This document shows, in pieces, positions 18,065 through 20,000 of a stretch of DNA of 20,000 bases; the stretch's first letter is position 1; each line of letters begins with the position of its first letter. Both the position numbers and the translations under genes were made by a program. The notes beneath the pieces were generated by a model, which was not told the origin of the DNA, made no database searches, and saw only the letters and a list, made by a program, of their open reading frames with translations. Source of the stretch: an uncultured virus (IMG/VR IMGVR_UViG_3300010885_079087) (Duplodnaviria; Heunggongvirae; Uroviricota; Caudoviricetes); the IMG/VR virus record IMGVR_UViG_3300010885_079087, one strand, 5' to 3'.

Positions 18065-18731
18065 AATTTTCTTCTCCTTTCTTTGGTAACAAATAGCCAG
18101 GGGTAAATTCCTCGCCCTCGCTTTCTTGTAAAAAACCAAAATCAACTAACTGCTTTCTGCTCATTTCAGTGTACACTGGAATTTTTTCAAGTTCAGCCCC
18201 CGATTTTGCCGCCGATGAAATAACCCTTGGATAATCAACATCCACATCGTGATAACCTTTAGATTTTGCGTTATAAATTTCAACAAAATCAGGTTCATAA
18301 GATGTGCTTTTCCAATCCGCAATCGCTCTCACAGCTCTTCGAGATAAATCATATAGCAAAACTTTACCATTCTGTTTTTTTGCTTGAATAATAGCTTCTT
18401 TGATTGGCAGACCAGGCGGAATATTTTGTTTAATATCAAAAAAAACTGCTTTTACTTTGTCTGCACTGTAATAATCTTGACCAGGTATTACTTTGACATC
18501 AATGTTATTTTGTCTAGCTTGATTCGCAGCCATAATTCCTGGTTCTACGCCAAATCGAGAAACTACCCCTATGATATCTAAGCCTTTTATGATTGAGGAT
18601 GAAAGAATAGACTTAATCTTTGATTCTGCTTCTGAAACTGTGCTTGGTTTTATTTCATCACCCAAGTAAACACGAAGATCTACTCGTAAATTATGTTTCC
18701 TTAAAGCAGTTTTTAGTAGATCGTACCACAC
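18057..18731 (-). CDS. PHP-fold protein, predicted catalytically inactive
   Basis: Order of motifs RVDLRVY / KGLDIIGVVSR / VIPGQD / EAI..AKKQNGKVLLYD / DFVEIYNA / SSAAK follows PHP phosphoesterases, with the His/Asp/Glu ligands substituted. Confidence 0.75.
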   Translation of the reverse strand: MWYDLLKTALRKHNLRVDLRVYLGDEIKPSTVSEAESKIKSILSSSIIKGLDIIGVVSRFGVEPGIMAANQARQNNIDVKVIPGQDYYSADKVKAVFFDIKQNIPPGLPIKEAIIQAKKQNGKVLLYDLSRRAVRAIADWKSTSYEPDFVEIYNAKSKGYHDVDVDYPRVISSAAKSGAELEKIPVYTEMSRKQLVDFGFLQESEGEEFTPGYLLPKKGEENYG

Positions 18732-18765
18732 ATAGTAAATTTACACAAAACAGAGATAAATGCCT
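18732..18765 (-). promoter_or_regulatory. Candidate phage promoter AGG-N16-GTGTAA-N9-GTG
   Basis: Minus strand reads TGA-AGGCATTTATCTCTGTTTTGTGTAAATTTACTAT-GTG; shares AAGGCATTT with the 10959 site. Confidence 0.65.
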
Positions 18766-19356
18766 TCAAAGTCTTTTAAATCCACATCCGCCACAAAAGT
18801 TATCTGTTCCTAAATATTGAGACCCACAATTTCTACAAAATGAGTCTTTGTTAGATGCAGTGTTTGTTTCTATAATTTTTCTTTCGCTTATTGAAGGTTC
18901 AGGAATGTAAATATTTTGCGAAATTGTTTTCCCATTAAAAGTTTCTGGCCTGATTACTTGCTGAGGCAAAATTTGCCCGTTTTTATCCACTCTTTGTGCC
19001 AAATCTACAGTTGCTGGTTTATAACCTAAATGTTGGTCGAGATTTTTAATCACTTCTTCTTCTGTAAGCTCTTCTAATTCTTGATAATCATACCAATCTT
19101 CACTCACTTTTATATTTTCTTCATCGTTTTTTTCTTCTATTTCGCTTTCTGAAACATTTTTAATATTTAATTTTTCTGCTAATTTTTCAAAATCTATTTC
19201 TGCTGCATACATTTCGTTTCCATCTTCATCTACTTTTGGTTTTAAGCCTGATGTAGGAAAAGATTGTTTTCTAGAAGTGGCTGTTACACCAGTAGGCCCT
19301 TCAGGGTGTGGATGCACTTTGCCAGTTTTAAAAGAAACTCTGCTTTGGTCGTCCAT
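18766..19356 (-). CDS. Acidic protein with C-terminal zinc ribbon
   Basis: FCRNCG......NFCGGCG at the C-terminus; AGGAGG Shine-Dalgarno 5 nt before the ATG. Confidence 0.8.
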   Translation of the reverse strand: MDDQSRVSFKTGKVHPHPEGPTGVTATSRKQSFPTSGLKPKVDEDGNEMYAAEIDFEKLAEKLNIKNVSESEIEEKNDEENIKVSEDWYDYQELEELTEEEVIKNLDQHLGYKPATVDLAQRVDKNGQILPQQVIRPETFNGKTISQNIYIPEPSISERKIIETNTASNKDSFCRNCGSQYLGTDNFCGGCGFKRL

Positions 19357-19357
19357 A

Positions 19358-19738
19358 TTAGCCTCCTGTTTTAGTAAAACTAAAACCAGATAACTCTAAA
19401 CCTTTTGAAGAAATTAATTGCTTAAGCTCATTATATAATGTGCCGGTAATCAACAAATCATCTACATCTGCTCCCACAGGAACATTTACGTCAAATTTTA
19501 CTGTGTGTTTTGAGGATTCAGGTTTTTGTGCTTTCTGCTCTACACCAGCATATTGTGTTTCACCCACTAAAGGTTGTGTTGTTTCACTTGCTGAAGGCTG
19601 TGTTGTTAAGGTGGGCTCTGAAGCGCTCATGGCATCTTGAAAATCTTCTGCAATTTTCAATAGCTCATTGCTAAGATGCGGATGAGTTCTTCTTAATTTT
19701 GTGTTGCGAGCAATCTTTCTGAGCGTTTCATTAATCAT
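19358..19738 (-). CDS. Hypothetical protein with two N-terminal KIA motifs
   Basis: MINETLRKIA...HLSNELLKIA, then a T/Q/P/S/E linker (TTQPS/TTQPL) and a small alpha/beta C-domain. Confidence 0.75.
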   Translation of the reverse strand: MINETLRKIARNTKLRRTHPHLSNELLKIAEDFQDAMSASEPTLTTQPSASETTQPLVGETQYAGVEQKAQKPESSKHTVKFDVNVPVGADVDDLLITGTLYNELKQLISSKGLELSGFSFTKTGG

Positions 19739-19773
19739 ATTTATTTTATACTGATAAAGTGATAAAAAGTCCT
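19739..19773 (-). promoter_or_regulatory. Weaker variant of the candidate promoter: AGG-N19-GTATAA-N7-ATG
   Basis: AGG lies 32 nt before the ATG as at the other sites, but the TAA box is shifted by 3 nt; no Shine-Dalgarno. Confidence 0.35.
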
Positions 19774-19851
19774 CAAAAATTGAGCTTTACTATATTAGGA
19801 AAAATATTATATATATTTGTTTAAATAGTAAGTTTACAAACTAGTTTGCAA

Positions 19852-19930
19852 TTTTTTTTTTTTTTCTTTTTTATTTTTTTAATTTTCTTTTTTTTTTAAT
19901 TTTGTTTTTTTTAATTTTTTTTTTTGTTTT
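19852..19930. repeat. Poly-T low-complexity tract
   Basis: About 80 nt of T runs interrupted by AA, A, C or G, in the intergenic region. Confidence 0.9.
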
Positions 19931-19939
19931 CATCCAAAT

Positions 19940-20000
19940 TTAATCATTCGGGTGGGTTCTAAAAGTAAAACTAATGCGCCGTTCATTATTTTTTGTCTCA
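19940..20000 (-). CDS. 3' end of a probable AlkB-family 2OG-Fe(II) dioxygenase (partial)
   Basis: Minus frame from 19999 reads ETKNNERRISFTFRTHPND*, stop at 19942-19940; R-I-[SN]-x-T-F-R is the C-terminal 2-oxoglutarate-binding motif of AlkB proteins. Only 19 codons are visible. Confidence 0.65.
   Translation of the reverse strand, partial: ETKNNERRISFTFRTHPND

Larger units (their letters stand above)
1..20000. mobile_element. Segment of a large tailed bacteriophage genome (morphogenesis cluster plus accessory genes)
   Basis: DUF1320/Mu gp36-like adaptor, tail-tube-like proteins, very large S/T/N/G-rich proteins, PcfJ domain, isolated rmlA, near-zero intergenic space with ATGA overlaps, no bacterial housekeeping operon context. 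Free phage versus prophage cannot be decided from this window. Confidence 0.9.

Noticed and set aside
18065..18145. 27-aa N-terminal extension of the gp36-like ORF
   Set aside because: It lies inside the PHP gene; ATG 18064 has a Shine-Dalgarno and matches the family's N-terminal YC motif.
526..19640. Short 60-82 aa ORFs in the track (526, 818, 5195, 6126, 8382, 9045, 11085, 12112, 12977, 17638, 18384, 18620, 19440)
   Set aside because: All are antisense or out-of-frame shadows nested in or overlapping longer well-supported genes, with no recognisable motifs.
1..20000. Stop-codon reassignment as in some jumbo phages
   Set aside because: Genes are long and tile the window under code 11, and TAA, TGA and TAG all end genes at junctions with the next start.
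1..20000. CRISPR array, tRNA, rRNA, integrase or transposase
   Set aside because: No regularly spaced repeats or recognisable RNA genes, and almost no intergenic space to hold them; no recombinase motifs seen.

Overview
AT-rich, gene-dense segment that reads as part of a large (jumbo-type) tailed bacteriophage genome in standard genetic code. The right ~15 kb is a tightly coupled minus-strand virion-morphogenesis cluster: a Mu gp36/DUF1320-like head-tail adaptor, a probable tail terminator with a large Cys-rich insertion, three S/T/N/G-rich structural proteins that look paralogous, two tail-tube-fold proteins and chaperone-like small genes. It is preceded by a PHP-fold protein lacking its metal ligands and a zinc-ribbon protein. 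The left ~4.7 kb holds a 5'-truncated PcfJ-domain protein, a lone rmlA, a secreted two-repeat protein and a three-gene coiled-coil/4-TM/VWA-lipoprotein unit. The last 61 nt carry the C-terminus of a probable AlkB-like 2OG-Fe(II) oxygenase that the ORF track missed. Two signals recur across the window: (i) a fixed-spacing AGG-N16-RNRTAA-N9/10-start motif in front of genes that lack a Shine-Dalgarno, a candidate phage late promoter giving near-leaderless mRNA; and (ii) a helical peptide module ending in K-I/T-A shared by four unrelated proteins, a candidate capsid-targeting/prohead-protease signal. All family calls are from motif recognition by eye; no database searches were run.
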